From the IMG/VR virus record IMGVR_UViG_3300038461_000154: a stretch of DNA of 64,000 nucleotides. One strand, 5' to 3'. The notes beneath the pieces were generated by a model that was not told the origin of the DNA, ran no database searches, and saw only the letters and a program-made list of their open reading frames with translations. Below are positions 1-8,432 of this stretch, in pieces. Position 1 is the stretch's first letter. Every line of letters begins with the position of its first letter. A program made the translations under genes and the position numbers. This stretch comes from an uncultured virus (IMG/VR IMGVR_UViG_3300038461_000154) (lineage: Duplodnaviria > Heunggongvirae > Uroviricota > Caudoviricetes).

Positions 1-205
1 TGTATTCTAAAATGTAAGGACAATGATATGGCGGTTCACTTTTAAGATTAACTAGCTGATAAGTCGTACCACCATGACGACCATAACACATGGCAAATCC
101 AAGCGACCATATTTTGTTAAACTCTTTACAAGTGTCAGCTTTGCCATGGCCGTTACGTTGGCCAATTTCTGAACAGCACTTGAGACAAACATCGTACATT
201 AGCAT
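1..205 (-). CDS. MLNK/CPYxLE Cys-rich family member (runs off window edge)
   Basis: Manual translation MLMYDVCLKC...W..G..MC...PPYHCPYILEY. Confidence 0.8.
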   Translation of the reverse strand, partial: MLMYDVCLKCCSEIGQRNGHGKADTCKEFNKIWSLGFAMCYGRHGGTTYQLVNLKSEPPYHCPYILEY

Positions 206-480
206 GGTTCTATCACTTCCTCATCAGAAACGATGTGTTCTAAGGCATAAGGACAAGTTTCTGGTGGTGAAGATTCCGTAGACCAAAGAAAAGCATGGCC
301 ACGATGTTCACATTTGAAGATACCTGCATCAAAGTTGTGAATAAAATCTTCCACTGCCTCTTTGTAATTATGCACGACTAAAGATTTTGGAGCATTTACT
401 TCTGCCCATCCGAGAATAAATTCGTGGTGTTCATGATACCACTTTTCAAAACACTTCACACAAACGTCTCTATTCAACAT
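199..480 (-). CDS. MLNK/CPYxLE Cys-rich family member
   Basis: MLNRDVCVKC...PPETCPYALEH. Confidence 0.85.
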   Translation of the reverse strand: MLNRDVCVKCFEKWYHEHHEFILGWAEVNAPKSLVVHNYKEAVEDFIHNFDAGIFKCEHRGHAFLWSTESSPPETCPYALEHIVSDEEVIEPC

Positions 481-700
481 TGGTTTCTTCCATCGTGTGT
501 TCGAGCACGTAAGGGCACTTTTCCATATCAGCATGTAATTCCACAATGCCGAAGATACGACTATTGTAGCTCAAGTTCACGGTTGGTGCAAATCCTAAAC
601 ATGGAAGTAGTTCAGCTTTTTTGAACTGCCAAGGATGAGTCAATACAATATCTGTTTGATACGGTTTACAGTATTTAGTGCACACGGATTCAACTGGCAT
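470..700 (-). CDS. MLNK/CPYxLE family member (divergent N-term)
   Basis: VCTKYC...KCPYVLEH. Confidence 0.75.
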   Translation of the reverse strand: MPVESVCTKYCKPYQTDIVLTHPWQFKKAELLPCLGFAPTVNLSYNSRIFGIVELHADMEKCPYVLEHTMEETNVE

Positions 701-902
701 TCTTTTTTGTCCTTGTAAAAATCACTTGTTCAGTATAGTAAGGACAATCAGACGGCACACCCTTGTAATGCCCAATAGCCTTCATCATACAAATCTTGCC
801 CTTGACAAACTTCTGCATTTTACCGTTCTTGATGCTTATACCTATCATGCCTGAAAAGTACAGATGGCATTTGTCACAGACTTCTTTTTTAGGTCTTAGC
901 AT
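690..902 (-). CDS. MLNK/CPYxLE family member
   Basis: KEVCDKC...PSDCPYYTEQ. Confidence 0.8.
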   Translation of the reverse strand: MLRPKKEVCDKCHLYFSGMIGISIKNGKMQKFVKGKICMMKAIGHYKGVPSDCPYYTEQVIFTRTKKNAS

Positions 903-913
903 CGGCTCACCAT

Positions 914-1141
914 TTAGTCATCAACCTTTTCTTTCAAAACCATTTGTTCCACACAGTACCAACAGTTTTCAGGAATGACGTACAGACTTTGTGCTATCGG
1001 AAGATGTGGAGGACAAATGCAAAACCTTCTCACATCCCAAACCATATCCCAATGTTCATAGGCATTCGGGAACTTACCATCAGGATGCTGTTGCCACATG
1101 TAACTTTGGAAGCAGTGTTTGCAAAGCGTCTTGCTTAACAT
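914..1141 (-). CDS. MLNK/CPYxLE family member
   Basis: MLSKTLCKHC...PENCWYCVEQ. Confidence 0.8.
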   Translation of the reverse strand: MLSKTLCKHCFQSYMWQQHPDGKFPNAYEHWDMVWDVRRFCICPPHLPIAQSLYVIPENCWYCVEQMVLKEKVDD

Positions 1142-1347
1142 TGAATCACTTCTTTTTGTGCAAGAGTATGTTCTAAAAGAAAAGGGCAACAGTCTGGCGG
1201 TGGTTCATCAATACGCACAATTCCATATCCACCATGACCACGATACGGGCAATGAACCACCCCATTTCTTACCCAAAAATTTTCATCACCATCCGTCCAT
1301 GTGTCACACTTCTTGCAAAGCTCTTTTACCAACCGAAAGCTACCCAT
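1135..1347 (-). CDS. MLNK/CPYxLE family member
   Basis: KELCKKC...PPPDCCPFLLEH. Confidence 0.8.
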   Translation of the reverse strand: MGSFRLVKELCKKCDTWTDGDENFWVRNGVVHCPYRGHGGYGIVRIDEPPPDCCPFLLEHTLAQKEVIQC

Positions 1348-1348
1348 A

Positions 1349-1639
1349 TCACTTTTCCCAATCCTGCAATGGCGTATCTTTGTTCATTCCAAACCAATTG
1401 AACTCTCTGGCTTCTTTCATAAGCTTCTTTGCGCGTCCTAATTCATCTTGCGTACCTATCTTATTTACTGTGATTCTTTCACCTTCTGTTGTGGCAGATA
1501 CGATATTGTCAAATCTGATTTTGTGCTCATAGATGCCAACCAACGTCATGTAGCCTTGTTCTGGCTTAAACGTCCAAAGAACTCCCTTGAATGTCTTCCC
1601 GTCTTTCGTCTTCACTGTCGTCACATGCATAAGCGCCAT
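1349..1639 (-). CDS. Hypothetical protein, possible Sm/LSm-like fold
   Basis: VKTKDGKTFKGVL...MTL resembles the Sm1 motif; RBS AAGGA; promoter motif upstream. Confidence 0.45.
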   Translation of the reverse strand: MALMHVTTVKTKDGKTFKGVLWTFKPEQGYMTLVGIYEHKIRFDNIVSATTEGERITVNKIGTQDELGRAKKLMKEAREFNWFGMNKDTPLQDWEK

Positions 1640-1654
1640 TCCTTTCCACCACTA

Positions 1655-1663
1655 TATCGTCAA
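1655..1663 (-). promoter_or_regulatory. TTGACGATA promoter motif
   Basis: TTGACGA-TATAGT about 15 nt upstream of ATG 1639. Confidence 0.7.
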
Positions 1664-1737
1664 GAATGAGAAGTTCTATCACCATTCTTTGAAAAGTGAT
1701 GTTAGGTCATATTAGGGTAGTTGGTATATACAAGTTA

Positions 1738-1762
1738 TAAGTCGTTTGTGCTATTTGGCTTA
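1738..1762. promoter_or_regulatory. 25-bp imperfect palindrome TAAGTC-N13-GGCTTA
   Basis: Between divergent promoters; same geometry at 16717, 20805, 42311. Confidence 0.45.
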
Positions 1763-1789
1763 CATAATTGTTTATAAAATCGGCCCGTT

Positions 1790-1798
1790 TTGACGATA
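1790..1798 (+). promoter_or_regulatory. TTGACGATA promoter motif
   Basis: Followed by AGGAGG and ATG 1822. Confidence 0.7.
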
Positions 1799-1821
1799 TA
1801 TAAGCAGGAGGATTTGGAGTC

Positions 1822-2079
1822 ATGCCGGATACAGGATGGAAATGGGATGAATCGTTCGAGTGCTACTTCTGTGGCGAGAAGGGCGATGGTTGTGGTGTCT
1901 ATCAAGTTAAAGAAGCCTTTGTTCCCGAAGACGCTGGCCATATTGGTGAATGGACCGGCAATGTGGTTTTGGGAGATACCATTGAAGGTATCCGGCACTA
2001 CAAGACGCCCGAAGAGGCACAGGCAGCGGCTTTTAAGCATTGGCAGGAAAAGCGTAAAGTTCTTGGCTATGCTGAATAA
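1822..2079 (+). CDS. Hypothetical protein, paralog of 5576..5818
   Basis: Shared W.W....CY..G...DGCGV...WTG...IR.Y.T.EEA...W. Confidence 0.8.
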   Translation: MPDTGWKWDESFECYFCGEKGDGCGVYQVKEAFVPEDAGHIGEWTGNVVLGDTIEGIRHYKTPEEAQAAAFKHWQEKRKVLGYAE

Positions 2080-2091
2080 TCTGAGCTTGTT

Positions 2092-2100
2092 TTGACGATA
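2092..2100 (+). promoter_or_regulatory. TTGACGATA promoter motif
   Basis: Followed by AAGGAG and GTG 2123. Confidence 0.7.
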
Positions 2101-2122
2101 CAAGAACTAAGGAGAATGAACT

Positions 2123-2470
2123 GTGGCTAAGTTTTCGGACTACATCAAGGATGAGAAGCAGCTTGCACAGGCAAAACGCATGAAAGCTTTTGCTAACGAG
2201 AACAAGTATCCTATTACCTCTATGGATTGTTCAAAAGATGTGCACATGCCGCGAATCATTGTGACTGTGTGGTTCAACGACACCTTGCCAGAGAGCATTT
2301 GGGAAAGGCAAAGCATTACCCACGGCACTTGGTACTTCAACCTTCCTCAGACCAAAGAAAACAAAGACTGCGGCACGGTGGAAGAGAGAATTGTGCGGGA
2401 ATACGCTAGGGAGTACAAGAATTTCGAGCGGTTCTTTGCCCGAATGCAAGAACACAAGCGGAATCCTTAG
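2123..2470 (+). CDS. Hypothetical protein
   Basis: ORF with RBS AAGGAG and promoter. Confidence 0.75.
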   Translation: MAKFSDYIKDEKQLAQAKRMKAFANENKYPITSMDCSKDVHMPRIIVTVWFNDTLPESIWERQSITHGTWYFNLPQTKENKDCGTVEERIVREYAREYKNFERFFARMQEHKRNP

Positions 2471-2485
2471 AGAAAGGAAATAGGG

Positions 2486-2809
2486 ATGAAATCGTTGACT
2501 TTACTTGATTGTTTGGCTCATGGGGATATAGTCACGGCAGCGAAAGCCGAAGACAAGATTGCTTGTTGTTGGCTAGTGACAGATGAAAAAATCAAGGAAG
2601 AAGGACGTGCCAAGATTTTGAAGATGTTCAACGACAAGTTGCTTCCAGCGGGAGTTGTGTTTTTTCCATTGACGGAAGAGACATTCGATGAAAAAGTGTT
2701 TAGTATTCTGCCAACGGTGAGGCCCATGTACACTGATTGGGTCAGGGCAGAAGAGGAATTTCGTAAGGCGCGAGAGGCCGGGAATCCAAGGGCGTTTTTC
2801 GTTGCATAA
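2486..2809 (+). CDS. Hypothetical protein
   Basis: ORF with RBS AAGGA, in gene run. Confidence 0.7.
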   Translation: MKSLTLLDCLAHGDIVTAAKAEDKIACCWLVTDEKIKEEGRAKILKMFNDKLLPAGVVFFPLTEETFDEKVFSILPTVRPMYTDWVRAEEEFRKAREAGNPRAFFVA

Positions 2810-2827
2810 TACAAGGAGAACATACCA

Positions 2828-3052
2828 ATGCTGCCCGTTTTCATGGTAAGGTCCAAGTTGGTCAAACGCACTCATCTGCCCATAGCTGTTGTTAGGGCAG
2901 TGAGTGAAAGCACTGCGGTAGACATGTTTTGGGATATGTATTCCAAAAGTCTATCAAGTGATTTGGAGAAGTCAGATTTCAGTGCCGTTGAAATCCTTGG
3001 CAGTGACAAAGACATTCAGCAGTTTCACATGTGGGCACAAATCAAAGGGTAG
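2828..3052 (+). CDS. Hypothetical protein
   Basis: RBS AAGGAG, in gene run. Confidence 0.7.
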   Translation: MLPVFMVRSKLVKRTHLPIAVVRAVSESTAVDMFWDMYSKSLSSDLEKSDFSAVEILGSDKDIQQFHMWAQIKG

Positions 3053-3058
3053 TAGCCA

Positions 3059-3247
3059 ATGCTAAAGATACAAGGCGTGAAAGCAAAAGTCGGCATGAAG
3101 GTACACGATTCTTGGTGGCCTTGGCAGATGGGTAAGGTTGCCAAGGTGCTCAAGACTCGCGTTAAGATTGTGATGTCTTCTCCATATGCAAGCTCTGAGG
3201 TTATGACTTATGATAAAGCGCACCTACAGTTTTTGAAGATTGGGTAA
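3059..3247 (+). CDS. Hypothetical small protein, SH3/KOW-like pattern
   Basis: KVGMKV...GKVAKV...VKI. Confidence 0.55.
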   Translation: MLKIQGVKAKVGMKVHDSWWPWQMGKVAKVLKTRVKIVMSSPYASSEVMTYDKAHLQFLKIG

Positions 3248-3252
3248 GTGCC

Positions 3253-3465
3253 ATGTTGAAGTTTGAAGTATGCCTACGCTGTCACATGACTCACAAATGC
3301 ACTCCTGAGTATATTTATGCTTACCCTAATCCGCAGGAACCATTTTTTCGTGCAGTATGGGAGAGAAATAAACAATGCGCTTGCCCAATCAGCGGTGAAG
3401 ATTTATCAATAACAGGCGAGCCTCCAAAAAATTGTCTCTTTATTTTGGAGCAAGTCATATGCTAA
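3253..3465 (+). CDS. MLNK/CPYxLE family member
   Basis: MLKFEVCLRC...PPKNCLFILEQ. Confidence 0.85.
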   Translation: MLKFEVCLRCHMTHKCTPEYIYAYPNPQEPFFRAVWERNKQCACPISGEDLSITGEPPKNCLFILEQVIC

Positions 3466-3665
3466 AATTTGAAGTCTGTCTACGATGTTATAGAAAAGCA
3501 TTGAGAACAGACCAACGCTTCTTCATACCCCCAGAAGAATACTTCGTCAGATTATGGGAAGATGAAAAAAGATGTCATTGCCCTTATTGTGCTTTGTGGG
3601 GTTCTAATAAAGTAGACATAAAACCTCCAAAAGAATGTCCTTATGTTTTGGAGCAAATTGTATGA
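3459..3665 (+). CDS. MLNK/CPYxLE family member
   Basis: MLKFEVCLRC...PPKECPYVLEQ. Confidence 0.85.
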   Translation: MLKFEVCLRCYRKALRTDQRFFIPPEEYFVRLWEDEKRCHCPYCALWGSNKVDIKPPKECPYVLEQIV

Positions 3666-3874
3666 TGAATCACAATATCTGTCTACGCTGTTATCTTGCT
3701 ACTGGTGGAAAAAGTCTTGGTGTTAAACCGCCCAAAGAAGTTTTAGCATTTGAAAAGTTGTGGAAAGAAAGACAGCTTTGCTTATGTTTTACGAGTATCG
3801 GTCTTCCTTCTGTTAAAAGTAGACCACCAAAAAATTGCCCTTACATCCTAGAACAGATGGTGAGCCAATGCTAA
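3662..3874 (+). CDS. MLNK/CPYxLE family member
   Basis: MMNHNICLRC...PPKNCPYILEQ. Confidence 0.85.
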   Translation: MMNHNICLRCYLATGGKSLGVKPPKEVLAFEKLWKERQLCLCFTSIGLPSVKSRPPKNCPYILEQMVSQC

Positions 3875-4074
3875 ACAAAGAGATTTGCTTAAAGTGCCAT
3901 TTTTCTCGCCATAAGGTTTGGAGCGATAAAAATACAAAGGTATATTTCAATCCGCGTTGGGAAGCTGGTTGGGTCATGTGTCCGTCGCCAGAAGGTGGTT
4001 ACTCAGTAGAGATAGCAGAACCACCACCGCCAATTTGTCCTTATGTTTTGGAACATGCGGTGAACCAATGCTAA
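3868..4074 (+). CDS. MLNK/CPYxLE family member
   Basis: MLNKEICLKC...PPPICPYVLEH. Confidence 0.85.
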   Translation: MLNKEICLKCHFSRHKVWSDKNTKVYFNPRWEAGWVMCPSPEGGYSVEIAEPPPPICPYVLEHAVNQC

Positions 4075-4304
4075 ACTACAAAATTTGCCATAGATGCTGG
4101 CATGAATTCGTATACGGGATAGCGAGCGATAAAGAATTGGCAAAGCAAGCCAAACGTCTTAAGGCTAATTGGTCAAAAGGTAAATGCTTTTGCATACACC
4201 CTGATACCGGCCCCTACTCTGCCGCTTTTATAGAAGTAGAAAGTCAACCACCAAAAAATTGTCCTTACGTTTTGGAACACATGGTAACGGCCAATGCTAA
4301 ATAG
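4068..4304 (+). CDS. MLNK/CPYxLE family member
   Basis: MLNYKICHRC...PPKNCPYVLEH. Confidence 0.85.
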   Translation: MLNYKICHRCWHEFVYGIASDKELAKQAKRLKANWSKGKCFCIHPDTGPYSAAFIEVESQPPKNCPYVLEHMVTANAK

Positions 4305-4536
4305 AACACTTTGTTGGAAGTGCTTTTTCCAGTTCCACCATTCAACTCACGAAGATGGATGGCATTACATAACACTCACAGAAGATAAGACATTTGAGAA
4401 ATATTTTAAGGACGGCAAATGTGCTATCTACCCGTTCAATATACCATTGAAAGCAAGAGGCAATCCACCAGAAGATTGTCCTTTTCTCTTAGAACAAACG
4501 CTAGTTTCTGACGATATAAGAGAGGAGAGGATATAA
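4294..4536 (+). CDS. MLNK/CPYxLE family member
   Basis: MLNRTLCWKC...PPEDCPFLLEQ. Confidence 0.85.
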   Translation: MLNRTLCWKCFFQFHHSTHEDGWHYITLTEDKTFEKYFKDGKCAIYPFNIPLKARGNPPEDCPFLLEQTLVSDDIREERI

Positions 4537-4538
4537 CA

Positions 4539-4787
4539 ATGCTGAGTAGTGCGATTTGTCTACGGTGTGTAATAGAACATCTTAAAAAAGAAGATGCAGA
4601 ACTATGTCTCAAGAAGAAAGGCAAGGAAATTAGCATTACAGAGTATATAGGAATGCTCAAACAGAAAAACAAGAGACACGAAACCTGTCCTCTTGTCTCT
4701 ATTTTGAGTTTCGAACATGGGGCACTTGATAATGGTGTTCCAGAAGACTGTGATTACAGGCTTGAACAAATGGTACAGCAACAATGA
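4539..4787 (+). CDS. MLNK/CPYxLE family member
   Basis: MLSSAICLRC...PEDCDYRLEQ. Confidence 0.85.
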   Translation: MLSSAICLRCVIEHLKKEDAELCLKKKGKEISITEYIGMLKQKNKRHETCPLVSILSFEHGALDNGVPEDCDYRLEQMVQQQ

Positions 4788-5008
4788 TTACTAATAAAAA
4801 AGCGTGTCTAAGATGCCGATTAACCAGACTGAAAGAGTTTGGTTTTTCTGAAGACGATTTAAAGATTATGCAAAACGGCTTTAACCATGATTGGAAATAT
4901 GGGCATGTTTTCTGTTACAAATGGCTTGGACGTGTTTCAATTAAAAGATGCCCACCTGATGGTTGCCCGTACATACTTGAGCAGATGGTGAGCCAAGATG
5001 TTAAATAA
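4784..5008 (+). CDS. MLNK/CPYxLE family member
   Basis: NKKACLRC...PPDGCPYILEQ. Confidence 0.85.
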   Translation: MITNKKACLRCRLTRLKEFGFSEDDLKIMQNGFNHDWKYGHVFCYKWLGRVSIKRCPPDGCPYILEQMVSQDVK

Positions 5009-5243
5009 AAAAATATGCCGACGCTGTTACAAAGACCACAACCGTACATGGAATGGCATAAGCCCCTTTACAGGCAAATCTTTCAAAAAGGAATGGACTT
5101 TGGGAAGAATTTGGTGCCCTATTTACAGTACCCGTTTTAACATAACGCTTTCCACTGAAACAAAAGACATCATTTTTGATTGCCCTTACCTATTAGAACA
5201 AACGGTTAATACAGAAATACTTGATAAAAAGCCCACCGCTTGA
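4998..5243 (+). CDS. MLNK/CPYxLE family member
   Basis: MLNKKICRRC...DCPYLLEQ. Confidence 0.85.
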   Translation: MLNKKICRRCYKDHNRTWNGISPFTGKSFKKEWTLGRIWCPIYSTRFNITLSTETKDIIFDCPYLLEQTVNTEILDKKPTA

Positions 5244-5248
5244 CGATA
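5240..5248 (+). promoter_or_regulatory. TTGACGATA promoter motif
   Basis: TTGATA-N20-TACATT geometry; AGGAGG and ATG 5273 follow. Confidence 0.7.
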
Positions 5249-5272
5249 CATTCTACAGGAGGATGAACCACA

Positions 5273-5563
5273 ATGGCATTTGACACGAAGCTGAGTCGCA
5301 ATGGCATTTACTGTACCTGTGACTGGCCTACATCCAACGAAATCACTGCATTGGGTTTTAAGGGAGACATTGGAGTAATCAGACGGCAGGCACATAATAT
5401 CGGTGCAGTATGGACTGGCGAAAAGCGATGCCCAAAGAAAGGTGAGTGGTATCTTTCTGGTGCCGAAGTTGGAGCTTATCGTGCTCCAAACGACTTGACG
5501 ACAGAATATCACATTGCTAAGCTTGTTGCAGTTGAACACAAGACGGTGACAGTGCGTGTTTAA
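5273..5563 (+). CDS. Hypothetical phage protein
   Basis: RBS AGGAGG, promoter upstream. Confidence 0.75.
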   Translation: MAFDTKLSRNGIYCTCDWPTSNEITALGFKGDIGVIRRQAHNIGAVWTGEKRCPKKGEWYLSGAEVGAYRAPNDLTTEYHIAKLVAVEHKTVTVRV

Positions 5564-5575
5564 GGATTTGCCTCT

Positions 5576-5818
5576 ATGACATCAAAATGGATTTGGTCTG
5601 AACGAGAAAGCTGCTACCTCATCGGTAATTCAGATGATGGCTGCGGTGTCCAATGGGAAGGCAATGGTTGGACAGGGCAAGCCATAGTCAAAAACGAAAC
5701 AGAAAACATCCGTGATTATCCTACGGCAGAAGAAGCCAAAGAAGTAGTAATGGAAGTTTGGCTTGCTTTGCGGGAAAAGTTGGGCATAATGGGGCAGACG
5801 CCTGTTACTGAGATGTGA
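5576..5818 (+). CDS. Hypothetical protein, paralog of 1822..2079
   Basis: Shared DGCGV...WTG...Y.T.EEA motifs. Confidence 0.8.
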   Translation: MTSKWIWSERESCYLIGNSDDGCGVQWEGNGWTGQAIVKNETENIRDYPTAEEAKEVVMEVWLALREKLGIMGQTPVTEM

Positions 5819-5831
5819 GGAGAATTTTGTC

Positions 5832-6224
5832 GTGAGTGACCATAGAGATACATGTGATGTGAAACGCTGGTGGAATAGAGTAGACTCCAACCACATGCTT
5901 GCAGAAGCCACTTTGCCTACAGAAGATGGCGAAGAGGAAGTTGAAGCGAAAGTCCATTTTGAGGTTTGCCCGACTTGTGAAGGTCGTGGCAAATATGTGA
6001 ATCCTAATGTTGACCGTGAAGGACTCACTGCCGATGACTTTTCTGAAGACCCTGATTTTGCAGAAAACTACCATTCTGGTTTGTATGATGTTGGGTGTGT
6101 GCATTGTCAAGGCCAGCGGGTAGTTCCTGTGGCCGATGATGCCGCCATTCGTGAGCGCATTGAAAATCACGTTAATGAGCAGTTGGCGTATAGGTGTGAA
6201 TGTGCTGCTGAAAGAGGATTTTAG
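5832..6224 (+). CDS. Hypothetical protein with DnaJ-type CxxCxGxG zinc motifs
   Basis: CPTCEGRG and CVHCQGQR; RBS GAGGAG. Confidence 0.7.
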   Translation: MSDHRDTCDVKRWWNRVDSNHMLAEATLPTEDGEEEVEAKVHFEVCPTCEGRGKYVNPNVDREGLTADDFSEDPDFAENYHSGLYDVGCVHCQGQRVVPVADDAAIRERIENHVNEQLAYRCECAAERGF

Positions 6225-6226
6225 TT

Positions 6227-6454
6227 ATGTCTAAGCCAAAGAACAAGATTCGGGAAGTGAATATCAATTGGAAAACAGGCGATATCACTTTCTATTTCGA
6301 AGGTTCTAAAGAGCCTTGGGGTTCAAACGAATTTGACCCAGAAAGTCTAACTCGTTCTCGTCTAAAAAGGATTGAGTCTCACATAACAGCTATGCTTGTG
6401 CAAATTGAACTTGAAGATAAAGCTATTGCTAGGTTTCTTGGCAAGAAGGGATAA
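6227..6454 (+). CDS. Hypothetical protein
   Basis: ORF in gene run. Confidence 0.65.
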   Translation: MSKPKNKIREVNINWKTGDITFYFEGSKEPWGSNEFDPESLTRSRLKRIESHITAMLVQIELEDKAIARFLGKKG

Positions 6455-6459
6455 CGATT

Positions 6460-6912
6460 ATGGGACTTCATATAGTCAATCACGTCTCACAATCTAAGAT
6501 ACCATCACATAGTCTCTTTGGTGGCAAATCTAAGTCCAAATACGAGACAATAATAGTTCCAGCAGTGAATGAACCATTGGCAGGAACAGTTTTACCCAAT
6601 CCCAAAGCAAAGGCTGGCGTACCGGCTTTGCCCAATCCTAATCCAGCCAACTACGAGATTGTGCGTTCCAAAGAGATTGGGCCGTTTGTGATTCTTGAAA
6701 TTCGCTATCCCGACTGCACCAACTACGAAGGCCACAAAATCCTTGTCTTCGATAGCGGTGCGTCATTGGAGAAAATGAAAAAAGCGAAACGAATTGACCC
6801 TCATTTTTGTGAAGACAAAAGATACAGTCCGATTGCGCGGTTTGTTCCTACGCTGCGTGGTTGGGAAATGGCTGTCAACATGTGCGAAGAAGAAAGCAAA
6901 GGGTATTCGTAA
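6460..6912 (+). CDS. Hypothetical phage protein
   Basis: ORF in gene run; YPDCTNYEG.KILV / IDPHF / PIARF.PT motifs. Confidence 0.7.
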   Translation: MGLHIVNHVSQSKIPSHSLFGGKSKSKYETIIVPAVNEPLAGTVLPNPKAKAGVPALPNPNPANYEIVRSKEIGPFVILEIRYPDCTNYEGHKILVFDSGASLEKMKKAKRIDPHFCEDKRYSPIARFVPTLRGWEMAVNMCEEESKGYS

Positions 6913-6913
6913 G

Positions 6914-7288
6914 ATGATTTGTGAAGCCAAGATAGCAACTAATTTGCTTGATGATGTAGAAACAATGTTCAAGCGTTTTGAAGGACGTGAAACAACTATT
7001 GTGACTGTACGCCGCAATGGTGCTATCACAACCGAAGCTGTGAAGGTTGGCTACATTGGACGTTCTGCACAACTGATACATATTCATACTGATACGGGAA
7101 CCTATACAGATATTCAGCCTGAACTTGTACAGGCGCTTCCGGCCAACTTGATGATTCCTAGCAGTCAAATACACATTCGGGCATTGGCGTCTGAAACAGA
7201 TGTCATGCCACGGGGTATCATGGTTGGGTATCCGCCAAGCAATTTCACTGACGGCATGGTGATGTACCGTCTGTTTTTGGTAGCTTAG
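6914..7288 (+). CDS. Hypothetical protein
   Basis: ATG 6914 directly after upstream stop. Confidence 0.65.
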   Translation: MICEAKIATNLLDDVETMFKRFEGRETTIVTVRRNGAITTEAVKVGYIGRSAQLIHIHTDTGTYTDIQPELVQALPANLMIPSSQIHIRALASETDVMPRGIMVGYPPSNFTDGMVMYRLFLVA

Positions 7289-7302
7289 AAAGGATTACGC
7301 AA

Positions 7303-7539
7303 ATGAAAAAGTCAAAGAAAGAAAAAGGTATCGGCATTAGGTTCACAGAAATCAAGCTGGCGAGTAAAACAACTCTGCCTCATGACCCCTCTTATGCGCG
7401 AGCCGACTATATCTTGTTTCTGTTAAGGGCTGCAACAGAAAAATTAGAAGCCTGTCTACATGCTCCTAATACGCGGGTTGTACGTCAAATTATCAATCGG
7501 GAAGAATGGATTAAAGATAAGGAGAAGACCAATGGATAG
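7303..7539 (+). CDS. Hypothetical protein
   Basis: RBS AAGGA. Confidence 0.65.
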   Translation: MKKSKKEKGIGIRFTEIKLASKTTLPHDPSYARADYILFLLRAATEKLEACLHAPNTRVVRQIINREEWIKDKEKTNG

Positions 7540-7789
7540 TCCGATGATTTCGTTCAAGACTACAAAGACGATAAGGGAATACTTGGCGGAAAACGCTTCA
7601 AGTGTGATTGCTACGCTAGAAGAAGTAGCTAGAATTCCTCATCAGAGCGTTCCGATTAAGTACCGCAAGGCCATTTCTTTTGCGCGGAATACTCTTTACA
7701 ACAGTCAAGATTCGGAATTGATGCACTTCGTCCATGATTGTGACGCTTTTGAGAGGAACAACAGAAAGAAAGTTGCCAAAAAGAAATGA
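7532..7789 (+). CDS. Hypothetical protein
   Basis: RBS AAGGAG before ATG 7532. Confidence 0.65.
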   Translation: MDSPMISFKTTKTIREYLAENASSVIATLEEVARIPHQSVPIKYRKAISFARNTLYNSQDSELMHFVHDCDAFERNNRKKVAKKK

Positions 7790-8004
7790 AGCCTAATCTG
7801 AAGATTTGTAAGAAGTGTGAGAGGGTATTATACACGCCGAAAGACCCTACTACGTTTTTCTGGTGTCAAATTGGCAACTTTCTTCATCCATTGCAATTCA
7901 GAAAAGACATGACGTTTGAAGTACCTCATACGTATATAATAACTGTGCCCGAAGAATGTGAGTTTTACATGGAGCACATGGTTTCTCAGAAGGCAACAGT
8001 ATGA
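7786..8004 (+). CDS. MLNK/CPYxLE family member
   Basis: LKICKKC...PEECEFYMEH. Confidence 0.8.
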   Translation: MKPNLKICKKCERVLYTPKDPTTFFWCQIGNFLHPLQFRKDMTFEVPHTYIITVPEECEFYMEHMVSQKATV

Positions 8005-8207
8005 GAAGAGTTAAGGCGATTTGTGAAATGTGTGCTGCTAAAGCTAGAATGCGTTTGGCAAAATTAATACCGATGCCTACTGAACAATTCGACATTGCCA
8101 TGTTACAAATTAAATGCAATACGGGGTTTGAAGAAATTGATGAAGAAGTTTGTAACTATACTTTAGAATTGGCTGTCAATCAAAGGATAGCCAATGAGAA
8201 GAGTTAA
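8001..8207 (+). CDS. MLNK/CPYxLE family member (divergent)
   Basis: KAICEMC...VCNYTLEL; close to 8194 gene. Confidence 0.7.
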   Translation: MRRVKAICEMCAAKARMRLAKLIPMPTEQFDIAMLQIKCNTGFEEIDEEVCNYTLELAVNQRIANEKS

Positions 8208-8430
8208 AAAGATTTGTATTCAGTGTGCAGATAAAGCCAAAAAGGTTTTAGCGCGACCAATGCCAAGGCCCAAAGACAAAGATGTTGGATTTTCTATAAA
8301 AGAATTAGTAGAAGTGATGAATAGAACGACTTTTGCCTCAAGGTGTCTCAGATGCAGTCAAGGCAAAGATAAAATCCCCGAAGATTGTCCTTACGTAACA
8401 GAGTTGACCATTCATCAAAATAGGAGATAA
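8194..8430 (+). CDS. MLNK/CPYxLE family member
   Basis: KKICIQC...PEDCPYVTEL. Confidence 0.8.
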   Translation: MRRVKKICIQCADKAKKVLARPMPRPKDKDVGFSIKELVEVMNRTTFASRCLRCSQGKDKIPEDCPYVTELTIHQNRR

Positions 8431-8432
8431 AA

